NCBI GenBank assembly: GCA_033764955.1
Contig: JANRIL010000036.1
Span: 1-16,984 of the forward strand
Direction of reading: 5' to 3'
Origin: Cyanobacteriota bacterium
Lineage (GTDB): Bacteria > Cyanobacteriota > Cyanobacteriia > Thermostichales > Thermostichaceae
DNA length: 16,984 nucleotides
Shown: positions 1 through 9,339 of the stretch, in pieces
Position numbering within the stretch: position 1 is the first letter of the stretch
Layout of the letters: every line of letters begins with the position of its first letter
The notes under the pieces: model-generated
Seen by the model: only the letters and a program-made list of their open reading frames with translations
What the model was told of the DNA's origin: nothing
Database searches by the model: none
Program-made: the position numbers and the translations under genes

Positions 1-114
1 TCCGACTGTTTCCTTCTAGGGGGATGGAAAGCATAGAAAAGCTGATAGAGATCGCACTATATTTGGTAGAGAAGGCATCATTCAGAAACTGGTTTACCAA
101 GTGCTGTTACTGTA

Positions 115-594
115 CTAGCTAATCGTCGAATAGGCTGTATCGATAATTGAACTCTCAATCCCCTGGGGATGTTGCCAACTAGCTCCTGGAATCCAGTGCC
201 ACCAACTGAGGTAGGGAACTTGTGAACCCCCTTCTTCAGGGGCAATAAACACCAGAGAACCTGATGACCGTTCCCGATCGGGTAGGTCAGGAAATTGCTC
301 CACACTTAAAGGTCTTTCAGCTACAGTCTTATAGCCTGTTGCAGCAACGAACTCAGCAAATTGAGCATTGCTCACTTCGTAGGTATCGATACAAAAGTCT
401 TTGACCGAAACATCCTCAATCACCTTTTCTTCCACAAAGCCGCTGTGGTTATCGCCCATGCGGTATTTGCCTCCATTGATTAGGGTCATCCCATTTGGAC
501 AGGTGAGTACATCAGCCCATGCATCGATGTTGTATAAAACCAGATAAGACAGCAACGCAAGGTGCACAAAGATAATGATGAGTGTAGTTTTCAT
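115..594 (-). pseudogene. Formylglycine-generating enzyme (FGE/SUMF1) family, C-terminally truncated
   Basis: Signal-like N-terminus, then typical FGE N-domain motifs (CPNGMTLINGGKYRMG, FCIDTYEVSNAQFAEFVAATGYKTVAER, WWHWIPGASWQHPQG). The ORF stops at 159 aa, before the expected HPVVH/LPTEAQWEYAARG motifs. I saw no continuation in 1-115. It lies directly downstream of a sulfatase. Confidence 0.8.
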
Positions 595-601
595 TTTCCG
601 A

Positions 602-2539
602 CTAGCTCTTCCTCTTTAATGCGTTTACTTGGCGATGCCGATGCCATAGCACGCCTAGAAGCACTAGCAAGAACAACGGAATCAGCACAAAGGGTGCGTA
701 GTGTATGAGAATGTACATCACCGACTTGCGAGTCACTTCGCCCTCAGCCGAGTAGCCTTCCGGCATTTCAATCACGCCCACCTTTTGGGCATAAGCGTTG
801 TAGGCAGTCACCATGGACTGAAATCGTTTAGGCTCTTGTTCAGCCAGGTCTCTAGTCTCACCAGGGTCGGTTCTCAGATGGTAAAGGTGCCAGGTGCTGT
901 CTCCAAGGGGAATATTGTTCTTCACGATTTTGTAATCGCCGAGAAAATAAGCTCCAGAATTAGCGGCTTCCAAGCCCACCCCTTCGTCTTCGGCGTAGAC
1001 CGGAACCTTTGGGTTTTGGATATGCCCCAGCAGACTTTTGCCAGTAATGGGCACATCCTCATTTCGGCTTGGGGACGGCAGTCCTGCCAAGTCAAGCATG
1101 GTAGGCACCACATCCGTGACAAAGGAAAAGACATTGCTGGTGCGCCCCTGAGGAATGTTGCGCCCCGAAACGATCAAAGGTGTACGCACGCCCCCTTCAC
1201 CGGTGTAATACTTGAAAAATGAAAAAGGCGAAGACAGCGCTGCGGCGAATTCAGGTCCAATGTCCCCATAGTAACCAGCATCGCCGATGTGATCGGGGTC
1301 TTTGTGGTAGCCCATCGTCTTTTGCCAGACCTTGGCTATGTCATTTCTATAGTCAGCCCCGTCAGGACCATTGTCAGAAGTAATGAAAAAGATGGTGTTG
1401 TCAAAGCGATCGCTGTCTTTGAGGTACTGAATATACTTGCCAATGTAAAAATCCATAGCTTCCAGCATCCCCGCAGTCACTGCCATATCTGTGATGTATT
1501 CGGACTGAAGCTCAGGGCTGACCTCTTCCCACTTTCTAAACTGTGGAAAGATTTTGTTCATAGCCGCATCCGCCGGAATGATGCCGAGCGCTTTCGCTTT
1601 TTCATAGCGTTGCTGCCTCAGAGCGTCCCAGCCCCCTTTGTAAACTGCTCGGTAGGGTTCAACAAAGCGCTCGGGAGCCTGAATCGGCGCGTGAATGGCT
1701 TGAAATGCAATGTAGCTGAAAAACGGGGCGTTGGGATTGCTCTGGCTTTCATGAAAGGCGATCGCACTTTCAATGTAGTCCTTGGATGAGTAAAAATCCT
1801 GGGGTAAATCCGTTTCTTTGCCGTCGCGATACCAATGGGCTTCAGGCTTCATCGGCACATAGCCCCGCGTGTCGTAGTTATTAGCCCCCGAACCCCCAAG
1901 AATGAAAGAGCGATCAAAGCCCTTGGCGTTGGGCAAATTTGTCTCGCTGAGTCCAAGATGCCACTTGCCCGTGGCATAGGTCTCGTAGCCTGCGGCTTTG
2001 AGCCGAGTAGCCACAGTATTTGAGTTCCCATTTAACTCACCGGCATATCCTGGACGATCCGTATAGCCATCAGGCAGCATTTCCGGCAAATTTGCCACGC
2101 CGGTCAAATGACTGTCGCTGCCAGTGATCAGCATCGCCCGCGATGGCGCACAGACTGGAGATGTGTGAAAATTATTGAACCATATGCCATTTTCGACCAG
2201 TTGATCTAGGTTGGGCGTGCGGGCTTCGCCGCCAAACGCGCTAAAGTCCATCAACCCTGAATCATCGACGAGAATGAGTACAAAGTTGGGGAGCTTCTGT
2301 CCTTGAGTTTCTATCGCCACTGTCTCTGGGGTCTGTGTTGCCTCGGCGACTTGAAAAGCAGGTTGGTTTTGCTGGCTATCGCGCTTTGCTCCAGGGTTGT
2401 CAAAACCGAATGCTGACTGAGTGTTGCGCTGACTGGTGAGCAGTGCGCTGACTACCGTTGGCTGTGTCAATGCTGCACTCAGAATCAAGGCGACAAAAAA
2501 AGTCAGCGCCAAGCATAATCGTCTGATCTTTCGCCTCAT
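602..2539 (-). CDS. Arylsulfatase (AtsA-like), N-terminal signal/anchor and C-terminal transmembrane helix
   Basis: PNFVLILVDD metal-binding motif, CAPSRAMLITG (CxPxR sulfatase signature), GKWHLG, SDNG, HLYHLRTDPGE. Hydrophobic C-terminus followed by basic residues. Confidence 0.95.
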   Translation of the reverse strand: MRRKIRRLCLALTFFVALILSAALTQPTVVSALLTSQRNTQSAFGFDNPGAKRDSQQNQPAFQVAEATQTPETVAIETQGQKLPNFVLILVDDSGLMDFSAFGGEARTPNLDQLVENGIWFNNFHTSPVCAPSRAMLITGSDSHLTGVANLPEMLPDGYTDRPGYAGELNGNSNTVATRLKAAGYETYATGKWHLGLSETNLPNAKGFDRSFILGGSGANNYDTRGYVPMKPEAHWYRDGKETDLPQDFYSSKDYIESAIAFHESQSNPNAPFFSYIAFQAIHAPIQAPERFVEPYRAVYKGGWDALRQQRYEKAKALGIIPADAAMNKIFPQFRKWEEVSPELQSEYITDMAVTAGMLEAMDFYIGKYIQYLKDSDRFDNTIFFITSDNGPDGADYRNDIAKVWQKTMGYHKDPDHIGDAGYYGDIGPEFAAALSSPFSFFKYYTGEGGVRTPLIVSGRNIPQGRTSNVFSFVTDVVPTMLDLAGLPSPSRNEDVPITGKSLLGHIQNPKVPVYAEDEGVGLEAANSGAYFLGDYKIVKNNIPLGDSTWHLYHLRTDPGETRDLAEQEPKRFQSMVTAYNAYAQKVGVIEMPEGYSAEGEVTRKSVMYILIHYAPFVLIPLFLLVLLGVLWHRHRQVNALKRKS

Positions 2540-3411
2540 TTTGCGCTCCTTTGCGAGAGCAATTCCATCATCTTTTGTGCGGTTTCATGCCCAGAATTCT
2601 GGTTCTGACCGGTGACAAAGCGCTGTTCATGATCCACGACCGTCACGGTCGCAAAAATGTCGGCCACCGGATGGTGATTGGCGCGAAAATCTGCCCCGGC
2701 CTTTCTGAGTTCGGCTTCTGGGTGCTTTGGCGTGAATTTGATGCCAAAGAAATCGAGCTGTCCCTGCGTCACGCCTGTCATCTTGCGTCCTGCAACCAGT
2801 GCCTTGCCTGCAGCATCCTTCGCGCTGACAAAGGCCAGAGCGCCATGACAGACCGAGCCCATTATCGGAGTTTGAGCGTAGTAGGCCGCGCTCACCTGTT
2901 CCGCCAGCCGTTCCGACTGGGCGAAATCGTAGGATGGCCCCCATCCTCCCACGAAGAAAATTAGGTCATAGCCGGTGAAGTCAATGTCGTCGATGCTGGG
3001 CGAGTTTTTGATCTTGTCCTGAAAGGCCGGATCTTTTAAGAAGCGTTTGTCTTCGTCTGTAATCAGGAAGTAGTAAAACGACTGGGGATCGATGGGAACT
3101 TCACCGCCTTTGATGCTGACCACATCTACCTGCATACCTGCGTCGAGAAATTCATAATAGGGCACGGTCAGTTCGGAGCCGAAAGCCCCAGTGGGTTTAC
3201 CCGTTGTTTCACCGGGTTTACTAAGTACACCGTGGCTGGTCGTGACCAACAGAGCTTTTTTATCCTGCAAGTCGTATTTTTGCCCTGCGTCATAGTCGGG
3301 ATGTAAGCCCATGGCTTTCAGAATCTTTGGCAGGAAGATGGCAATGAGAACAGCAGTGATAATCAGTCCAGATGAAACGGTACCAACAATTGCGAGTAGT
3401 AATCTATGCAT
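2536..3411 (-). CDS. DJ-1/PfpI (type 1 glutamine amidotransferase-like, Hsp31-like) protein with N-terminal TM helix
   Basis: KALLVTTSH, SELTVPYYEF (catalytic Glu), FFVGGWG, SVCHG nucleophile elbow, FVTGQNQNS. ATGA overlap with the sulfatase start. Confidence 0.9.
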   Translation of the reverse strand: MHRLLLAIVGTVSSGLIITAVLIAIFLPKILKAMGLHPDYDAGQKYDLQDKKALLVTTSHGVLSKPGETTGKPTGAFGSELTVPYYEFLDAGMQVDVVSIKGGEVPIDPQSFYYFLITDEDKRFLKDPAFQDKIKNSPSIDDIDFTGYDLIFFVGGWGPSYDFAQSERLAEQVSAAYYAQTPIMGSVCHGALAFVSAKDAAGKALVAGRKMTGVTQGQLDFFGIKFTPKHPEAELRKAGADFRANHHPVADIFATVTVVDHEQRFVTGQNQNSGHETAQKMMELLSQRSAK

Positions 3412-3557
3412 AAACTTAACCTTTCTGGACTATTTTGGCTGAGCAATAGCTGGTTGAGCTGAGAAGGGAGTATGAGTGAAAGCTAAGGTAACCACTGCTA
3501 GGCTTAGTGCCCAGAGACTAGACTTGGTAAAAGAACTCAATCGCATTCTGATAGACG

Positions 3558-3929
3558 TCAACGAGTGTGCAAGGTAAAAAACATAGCCAGCTTCTTCGCC
3601 ACTGCATCCGTTTTCGCTGCCATGATGAAATCATTTTGATGCAGGCCGCCGACGTCGTGTGTCCACCATTCCACCGTGACGTTGCCCCATTCCGTGGTCA
3701 GGATAGGATGATGTCCGGCGACTTCTGCTTCATCCCCAACGGCTTGGCTAAAGGTCATGGCGGATTGAAAGTCTTTGAAGGCATAGCTGCGGCGCAGCCG
3801 TTTGCTCCCGTCTTCATCCACCAACAGCCAGTCGGGAATCTGGGGCAAGAGTTCAGCAATTTCTGCATCGGTGGCAGGCGACGTGTTGGAACTATAGGGG
3901 AGGCATTTTTGTTCGAGTAGGTCAGTCAT
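3558..3929 (-). CDS. phhB: Pterin-4-alpha-carbinolamine dehydratase
   Basis: FKDF..A..F, AEVAGHHP, VEWWTHDVGGLHQNDFIMAAKTD motifs; 123 aa. Confidence 0.93.
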   Translation of the reverse strand: MTDLLEQKCLPYSSNTSPATDAEIAELLPQIPDWLLVDEDGSKRLRRSYAFKDFQSAMTFSQAVGDEAEVAGHHPILTTEWGNVTVEWWTHDVGGLHQNDFIMAAKTDAVAKKLAMFFTLHTR

Positions 3930-3992
3930 AGTGAAAGAATGGAGCGAATCGTTTGCCTAAAGCCGATTCGTACAATAACTTAGCCACGTCTG

Positions 3993-4733
3993 TTAGGCAC
4001 TAATAACCTCTTGTAAAAGTGGGCGGGTGTACCAACTCCATAAGCCAGTCGTAACGGGCTGGATGTTAAGCTCACTGCGCAACTCCTCTAAAGAGCGATC
4101 GAGATTGTCTTCCCACTTAATGGGAAACAAAGGCTTGGCATGTCTAGCCATCTGAACACCAGCAGAAACCATGTCAAAATTATATTCGAGCGGATTATCA
4201 ATCCCTGGACGCTTAGCATCAGTGAGATAAGCCAGAAAAGATCCCAGTAGAGCAATGAGAATAAATGCTGGATAGCCAATTTGACCAGCAGTGACAGAAA
4301 TAACACCTAATTCGCCATAATCATCAAAGCTAAAACCAGTCAAAATATGGTGCAAATCGTGAGATTTGCGAACTCGATGAGTGATATAGTCAACATCTGA
4401 CTTGATTTCGCGTAGACGATAAAAATTGGGATCGTATCCTAATGCGGTCAGTATCTTAGCGTAAGTCCAACCTAATGAATGAGGAGGCATTTCAAGCATT
4501 TTCTCAAGATCATATTCTTCGCCCATGTAACGCTCTTCTAAGGCTTTAGCTGAAGCAGGATCCCGATGAATTTTTGTCAAGCATTTCTGCATGAGTGGGC
4601 TGTCACGCAAGGCATCTTCAATGTCAAAAACATTTGACGTTTCTAGTCTGACTCCAACAACCATATCTGTGAGTGTCACCAATTTCTCTAAATTCTCAGG
4701 TGTTGCTAGAGCATCAATGTACTTGAATCCCAT
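3993..4733 (-). CDS. Coq4 family protein
   Basis: MPPHSLGWTY, RKSHDLHHILTGF...GE (HDxxH-x11-E metal motif), KWEDNLDRSLEELRSELNI. Confidence 0.88.
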   Translation of the reverse strand: MGFKYIDALATPENLEKLVTLTDMVVGVRLETSNVFDIEDALRDSPLMQKCLTKIHRDPASAKALEERYMGEEYDLEKMLEMPPHSLGWTYAKILTALGYDPNFYRLREIKSDVDYITHRVRKSHDLHHILTGFSFDDYGELGVISVTAGQIGYPAFILIALLGSFLAYLTDAKRPGIDNPLEYNFDMVSAGVQMARHAKPLFPIKWEDNLDRSLEELRSELNIQPVTTGLWSWYTRPLLQEVISA

Positions 4734-4787
4734 GTCAATTTTCCTATCTCAAATGGGCTGCTTATAAACTAACCAATCCACAATCCC

Positions 4788-4886
4788 AGATAATATTATT
4801 CGCGTTGCCGACTTGCGCGCAAGCTTGCGTCCGGCCAAAAAGTATTCATTTCTGACCGAAATGTCTGCGCGCACGCTGTCCATCGC
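4788..4886 (-). promoter_or_regulatory. Duplicated AraC-type promoter/operator module, copy A (upstream of the Coq4 gene)
   Basis: 4807-4886 matches 7915-7994 at 70/80 nt by hand alignment, including the last codons of the AraC gene. Candidate -10 TAATAT on the minus strand at 4793-4798. Confidence 0.7.
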
Positions 4887-5193
4887 TCGTTCCAGATAAA
4901 AGTACTACTATTTCATCACCACACGGATGGACTTCTCAGTTTTTCCAATCACACGTAAATTCATGGCACGATATGAGTTTATAGTCTACAAATCTATTAT
5001 ATTTTGCATCAAGTAGCTCGTAGAGACCTGAATCGAAATGCTCAGTAGTCGCTTTCTTGTCTGGACTCAATACAATAAAATAATTATTAATTAATAGTGG
5101 TGATTTTATTTCAATACCCTAATGTTTAGTTTGCATAACACGCAGTATAACCGACGTGTTAAGTGCCCAGTTGCGGTCTTAATGGTCTCGATA

Positions 5194-5287
5194 TATAGCT
5201 ATTCCAATTTAGTTTGAGAAATCTAAAATCTCTCAAAGCTTCGATATCAAGACTTAGGTGGTCGCATTCTTATTTGGAATGACTATA
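5194..5287. mobile_element. Short MITE-like element with TATAG...CTATA termini
   Basis: Left end TATAGCTATTCCAATTTAGTTTGAGA vs reverse complement of right end TATAGTCATTCCAAATAAGAATGCGA, 19/26 matches. TA-flanked, intergenic, 94 bp. Resembles cyanobacterial TA-targeting MITEs. Confidence 0.55.
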
Positions 5288-5300
5288 TTTGTTGAATTGG

Positions 5301-6233
5301 TTATTTTCGAATAGTTATCGTTGTTTCTGAATTCAAATCTTTCCTGGGATCTTTCATATAGCCTGCTGGGAAATAGACGGATTGTGGTGTGCCAATCACA
5401 TCTAAGCAAAGTTCATGATTGTTATCTCCATCCCCCAAATCACCAAGCGCGAAAGGGGTTGCTTCGATTTTGCTGCCATCCTTTAGTAAAACAGTGACCT
5501 TGTATTGAACTCGTTCCACATCGTCAACTTCATCGCCACCCGGCTTGGTAACCCCTCCATTCCAGGTTACACGCACCACTTGCTTGGTGCCTTTAGCACA
5601 GCCGCTGCCACCGCCCCAAGGCAGAAGTGATGCTTCCTTGCCTATGTCCCACTCATCTTTGGGAACAATTTCCGCCCAAACCATAAGTGGGCCTTCTTCA
5701 AGGGGTGTGACATTCACACTCGCGCCCTTGAAGTTCAATGTTCCGTCTAGGGAAAGAAGGTTGCCAGCGATTTCCACTTTCACGGGCTGGTCATTAATAC
5801 TGCCATACCTCCCGGCCAACAAAACTGTCCTGAGTTCGCCGTTATCATCGGCCGGGGCTAGTGTCACGGCCAAAATTTTCCCAACTTTCCCAGAAGCCGT
5901 AGTCACTCTAAAATCTCCGACCTGCATTGTTTCATAATCGACCTCATGGGAAAAAATGACGGGCATGCCATCTGTACCTCCAGCCCCTGGCCAGATCCCC
6001 TGATCAGCCACTTTCGGTAAAGCATCGTCCAGACCGTAGAAGGCTGAAATCAAACCTGCCTGCCATCCATGGCTGTCACGATTTGCCGTAACATTTGTAA
6101 CCGTTGTGTCCACAGGTGATGTATTAGTCAGCACAGGTTCATATGAACGTATTAATCTGTACCGTTCTACTGTGCTGCAACCGACAATAACAATGAAGCA
6201 AAGAAGGAATACTGCAAGCACATATGGTTTCAT
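5301..6233 (-). CDS. Putative lipoprotein of unknown function
   Basis: 310-aa ORF; signal peptide ending in lipobox-like IVGC; acidic motifs DGMPVIFS and DLGDGDNNHELCLD. ATGA overlap with the upstream hydrolase. Confidence 0.8.
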   Translation of the reverse strand: MKPYVLAVFLLCFIVIVGCSTVERYRLIRSYEPVLTNTSPVDTTVTNVTANRDSHGWQAGLISAFYGLDDALPKVADQGIWPGAGGTDGMPVIFSHEVDYETMQVGDFRVTTASGKVGKILAVTLAPADDNGELRTVLLAGRYGSINDQPVKVEIAGNLLSLDGTLNFKGASVNVTPLEEGPLMVWAEIVPKDEWDIGKEASLLPWGGGSGCAKGTKQVVRVTWNGGVTKPGGDEVDDVERVQYKVTVLLKDGSKIEATPFALGDLGDGDNNHELCLDVIGTPQSVYFPAGYMKDPRKDLNSETTITIRK

Positions 6234-7867
6234 TGTTCTATTCTTAAATCATTAAACTGCTTTGGGGTCAACGATCGGATGACACTCACCTCATTAGGTG
6301 GCTGGCTAAAATTGACCGCAAAGGAAGACTGTAAAAAAGGACGATAATCTTTACGATTTGCTACATGGGTCTGTATCAAAGCCAAAATCAGGGTGTTGCC
6401 AAATTCTTTGAGGGGCTGGATACTTGTATCAGGAATAAAGTCGGCAACGGAAGGAACAAAGGTATTAATTAAATCCTGCACATCAGCGACATGCCTTACT
6501 CCCCTGGCAACAAATAAATAACGGTCGGGATTGTTCATCCAAGAAAACGGTTCTATTTGTTCGATTACGGCGGAAGCAAGTACATCTTCACTAGCAGCAG
6601 CGATCGCTATTGGAATCTTGATCTGTGCCATCCCCTTCGAACCAAAAATACTGCTGCCAACAGGATTGATCGCGGCGGCAAACTTAATCCTTTCATCTCG
6701 AAAAGCATAGAACTGGCGGGGTAAATTTAATGCTTCACATTGCAAAAGAAGCGAGATGTTTACTGAATTAACTTCTTGAGTACATTCTTTAGTTAAGCGA
6801 TCAAAGTCAATCTCTGCTCCCGCTAGTGCTAGGACTGTATAGCCACCAAAGGACTGTCCCACCACCCCGGTCTGATTTACATTGGCAGTGTTGGGGAATC
6901 TCTGTGCCAAATAATCTAAAACATAACTGACATCTTGGGGACGATCGATAAATTCATTTACTTCAAAGACTTGCTTGCTATAGCCTTTAAGTAGTCTTTG
7001 TAATTGCTCAGAATTACTTCCAGGGTGTTCTAAACTAACGACGATGAATCCGTGAGAAGCAAGGAAATTACCCAAGGAGGCAAAATGTTTGCGATTAGAA
7101 CCCAGTCCGTGGGATAGCACAACTACGGGAGAGGGCTGATTGAGTCCCTGGGGCAAATAAATATCGACATTAAAACTCCGATCACGTTTTGCATCTTTTA
7201 TGGTTTCAGTTTGCAGATTGACCGTATACTGACCGACCTGAGCTAAATAAGGCAGGCTTTCAGGAGTGACTTTAGATTCCGATTCCGCTTCGATCGTTGA
7301 CAGTCTTTCTACCCCTGCTATCACTCTTTCTGTGGCTTTACGCGAACTACCAAACTTATTCACCACTGCTAAGACTTCTTCGCGATTAAGTAGCACTTTG
7401 TCTGACGAAAATTTTTTCAGAAAATTGAGAACAGAAAGACCTTCAGAGTCAGCAGCAGCTAGAATTAGAGCGGCTCTTATGGCTCTTTCTCCGTTGAGTC
7501 CGTGGTGGGGCTGAACTAGTTTTCCCACATAACTAAGAATATTTTCTCCTAAATTAGAATAAAAAAATTGGGATACTTGAAGCGCTGTAAAGTCTGCCCG
7601 CTTAGCTAAAAACTCCCGTACATACTTCTGTTCGCGTTCCCCTAAGTGGCCAACAAAAAAATTTAATTCTTGACTGACCTTTCCTGTTCTAGCAAAATCC
7701 TCCAAATCTTGAACCGAAACTCCAAACTCTAAGACACTTAGGTTAAACTCAACCCTCTCTGCTGCTGTAGAAGGATTAGAGACTAAAGTCACTGCTCCCA
7801 CCACCAGAGATGAAACAAAAGTGAAGATTCTCTGAGGGCGGGATGGGAGTAATTGAGGAATTTTCAT
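6230..7867 (-). CDS. Alpha/beta hydrolase with N-terminal DUF1400 domain (cyanobacterial type)
   Basis: AAERV...SVQDLEDFARTG, AIRAALILAA..EGLSVLNFLKKF (DUF1400); VVVLSHGLGS, HPGSN, DRPQDVSYVLD, GQSFGG nucleophile elbow. Confidence 0.92.
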   Translation of the reverse strand: MKIPQLLPSRPQRIFTFVSSLVVGAVTLVSNPSTAAERVEFNLSVLEFGVSVQDLEDFARTGKVSQELNFFVGHLGEREQKYVREFLAKRADFTALQVSQFFYSNLGENILSYVGKLVQPHHGLNGERAIRAALILAAADSEGLSVLNFLKKFSSDKVLLNREEVLAVVNKFGSSRKATERVIAGVERLSTIEAESESKVTPESLPYLAQVGQYTVNLQTETIKDAKRDRSFNVDIYLPQGLNQPSPVVVLSHGLGSNRKHFASLGNFLASHGFIVVSLEHPGSNSEQLQRLLKGYSKQVFEVNEFIDRPQDVSYVLDYLAQRFPNTANVNQTGVVGQSFGGYTVLALAGAEIDFDRLTKECTQEVNSVNISLLLQCEALNLPRQFYAFRDERIKFAAAINPVGSSIFGSKGMAQIKIPIAIAAASEDVLASAVIEQIEPFSWMNNPDRYLFVARGVRHVADVQDLINTFVPSVADFIPDTSIQPLKEFGNTLILALIQTHVANRKDYRPFLQSSFAVNFSQPPNEVSVIRSLTPKQFNDLRIEQ

Positions 7868-7898
7868 AGAAGTGATTGATTTGCGTAAAGCAGCAAAT

Positions 7899-7994
7899 AG
7901 ATATTATATTCAAAGCCGACTTGTGCGAAAGCTTGCCAGTGGCCAAAAAGTATTCATTTCTGACCGATAGGTCTGCGCGCGCGCTGGCCATCGC
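7899..7994 (-). promoter_or_regulatory. AraC-type activator-dependent promoter overlapping the AraC stop codon, copy B
   Basis: Perfect TATAAT on the minus strand at 7903-7908 with a poor -35 (CTTTCG). GGTC and GGCC half-sites 21 nt apart (GGTCAGAAATGAATACTTTTTGGCC). Conserved in copy A. Confidence 0.6.
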
Positions 7995-9018
7995 GAAACT
8001 CCCCGGGTGTGACGCCGAGCCAGCGTTTGAAGCTGCGTGCGAAATTAGAGGATGTATTAAAACCGAGTTCGTAGGCAATGGCTTCTACCGTCTTGGAGGT
8101 ATTGGCGAGCATCCAGCGTGCACGGGTTTCGCGAACTTGATCCACCAATTTTCGAAAAGACACACCGCATCTCTCCAATTGACGGCGCAGCGAGCGTTCT
8201 GAGTATCCAAGGGCTGCGGCCACCTCCGACATAGAGACGCCGAGATTGTGCCGTGCCTTCAAAAAAGTGACGACCTGAATGTCTACCGTCGTTTCGAACG
8301 ATGCTTCAGCGGCAAATTGCTCGCAAAGTCCGACGAGCCGTTTGTGATTGATCGGATCCGCACCAGGCAGTGGCTGGTGCAAAAGATCGGCCGGAAAAAA
8401 CAGATGATGTTCAAGTGCATTAAAACGGACAGGGAAGTTGAGAAACGACGCGGCATCCACCCAGCCCTCGGGCTCACTAATCGTCAATTCGGCGTGGGAT
8501 ACTGCCTGCGGTGCGCGCAAAATTTGCCTTAAAATACCATCACAAATAACCAAGCTGGTGCATAAAACGAAATAAGCAATATCGCCGAATTCAAGCTTTA
8601 GGCGCAAGCGGATCGCCACTTCGCCGGTTTGTGATTTCACTTCTTCGTCGCGGAAAGTAAATTCGATGGCCGGGAAGGTTAGAAAGAGAAAACGATTCAA
8701 GACCTTTAGGGCGTCACCTAAACACACTGCGTTCATCGCTGCGTAGGCCGGCAATCCGATGTAATTTGTTTCAAACTGTTGCGCTAACTTTGCACCGAGA
8801 TGCGGGTCGTTCGTCAGTGCGATCGCGTTTTTGTAGAAACGGCGATGAGACCAGAAGTCACAACAAAAATTTGGATCTTCAAGTTGTTCCGCAGTCAGGC
8901 CGGTTCCTGCCAAAAGTGCCTCGACCTCGTATCCGTCCTTGCCGAGTGTACGGAAAACAAAACCGAGGTAGTTCATAGGTATTGCAGGATCGTCTGCAGC
9001 GAAGTGCTTCTGCATCAT
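7954..9018 (-). CDS. AraC family transcriptional regulator (OruR/VqsM-like, arabinose-binding-like N-domain)
   Basis: C-terminal double HTH: SMSEVAAALGYSERSLRRQL...IAYELGFNTSSNFARSFKRWLGVTPGEFR. N-domain LLAGTGL...DPHLG...GLPAYAAM. Confidence 0.95.
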   Translation of the reverse strand: MMQKHFAADDPAIPMNYLGFVFRTLGKDGYEVEALLAGTGLTAEQLEDPNFCCDFWSHRRFYKNAIALTNDPHLGAKLAQQFETNYIGLPAYAAMNAVCLGDALKVLNRFLFLTFPAIEFTFRDEEVKSQTGEVAIRLRLKLEFGDIAYFVLCTSLVICDGILRQILRAPQAVSHAELTISEPEGWVDAASFLNFPVRFNALEHHLFFPADLLHQPLPGADPINHKRLVGLCEQFAAEASFETTVDIQVVTFLKARHNLGVSMSEVAAALGYSERSLRRQLERCGVSFRKLVDQVRETRARWMLANTSKTVEAIAYELGFNTSSNFARSFKRWLGVTPGEFRDGQRARRPIGQK

Positions 9019-9339
9019 CTCGTGACACTCTTAAGGTGCTCTTGTGGTTTTGGTGGTTTCGTCGCTATCAATCGCGATCGCATAAACAATTTAGCAATTT
9101 TACTCTTGGCGGACTCGGCGATCTGCATCGATGACTTCAATATGTCTTTCAACAGCCCTCTGTTTCATTTGCCTAGCCATTGAAACCACAAGGCCTCTAC
9201 CTCCACTATCTTCGAGTGCGCCGCTCTGATCACCTCTCAGGACTCACAAACGCAGCCAATAATCCTCATTTACACAATCTGTGCCTAAGATCACCACAAA
9301 GTAGGCACTGGCGTTCTGCGGTCGGATAACGATAATGGC

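Noticed and set aside
3945..3970. CGAATCG/CGATTCG stem-loop between the Coq4 and phhB genes
   Set aside because: No adjacent T tract; could be an mRNA stability hairpin, but the evidence is too thin to call a terminator.
5078..5098. AT-only palindrome TATTAATTAATA
   Set aside because: Expected by chance in a very AT-rich spacer.
5133..5165. GCATAAC...GTTAAGT resembling integron attC ends
   Set aside because: Only about 33 nt with a 7-bp stem, too short for attC; no integrase or cassette array.
701..8978. Many antisense or alternate-frame ORFs (e.g. 701-1222, 1289-1789, 2551-2964, 3567-3920, 5545-5937, 7876-8202)
   Set aside because: They are shadows of well-supported minus-strand genes and have no recognisable motifs.
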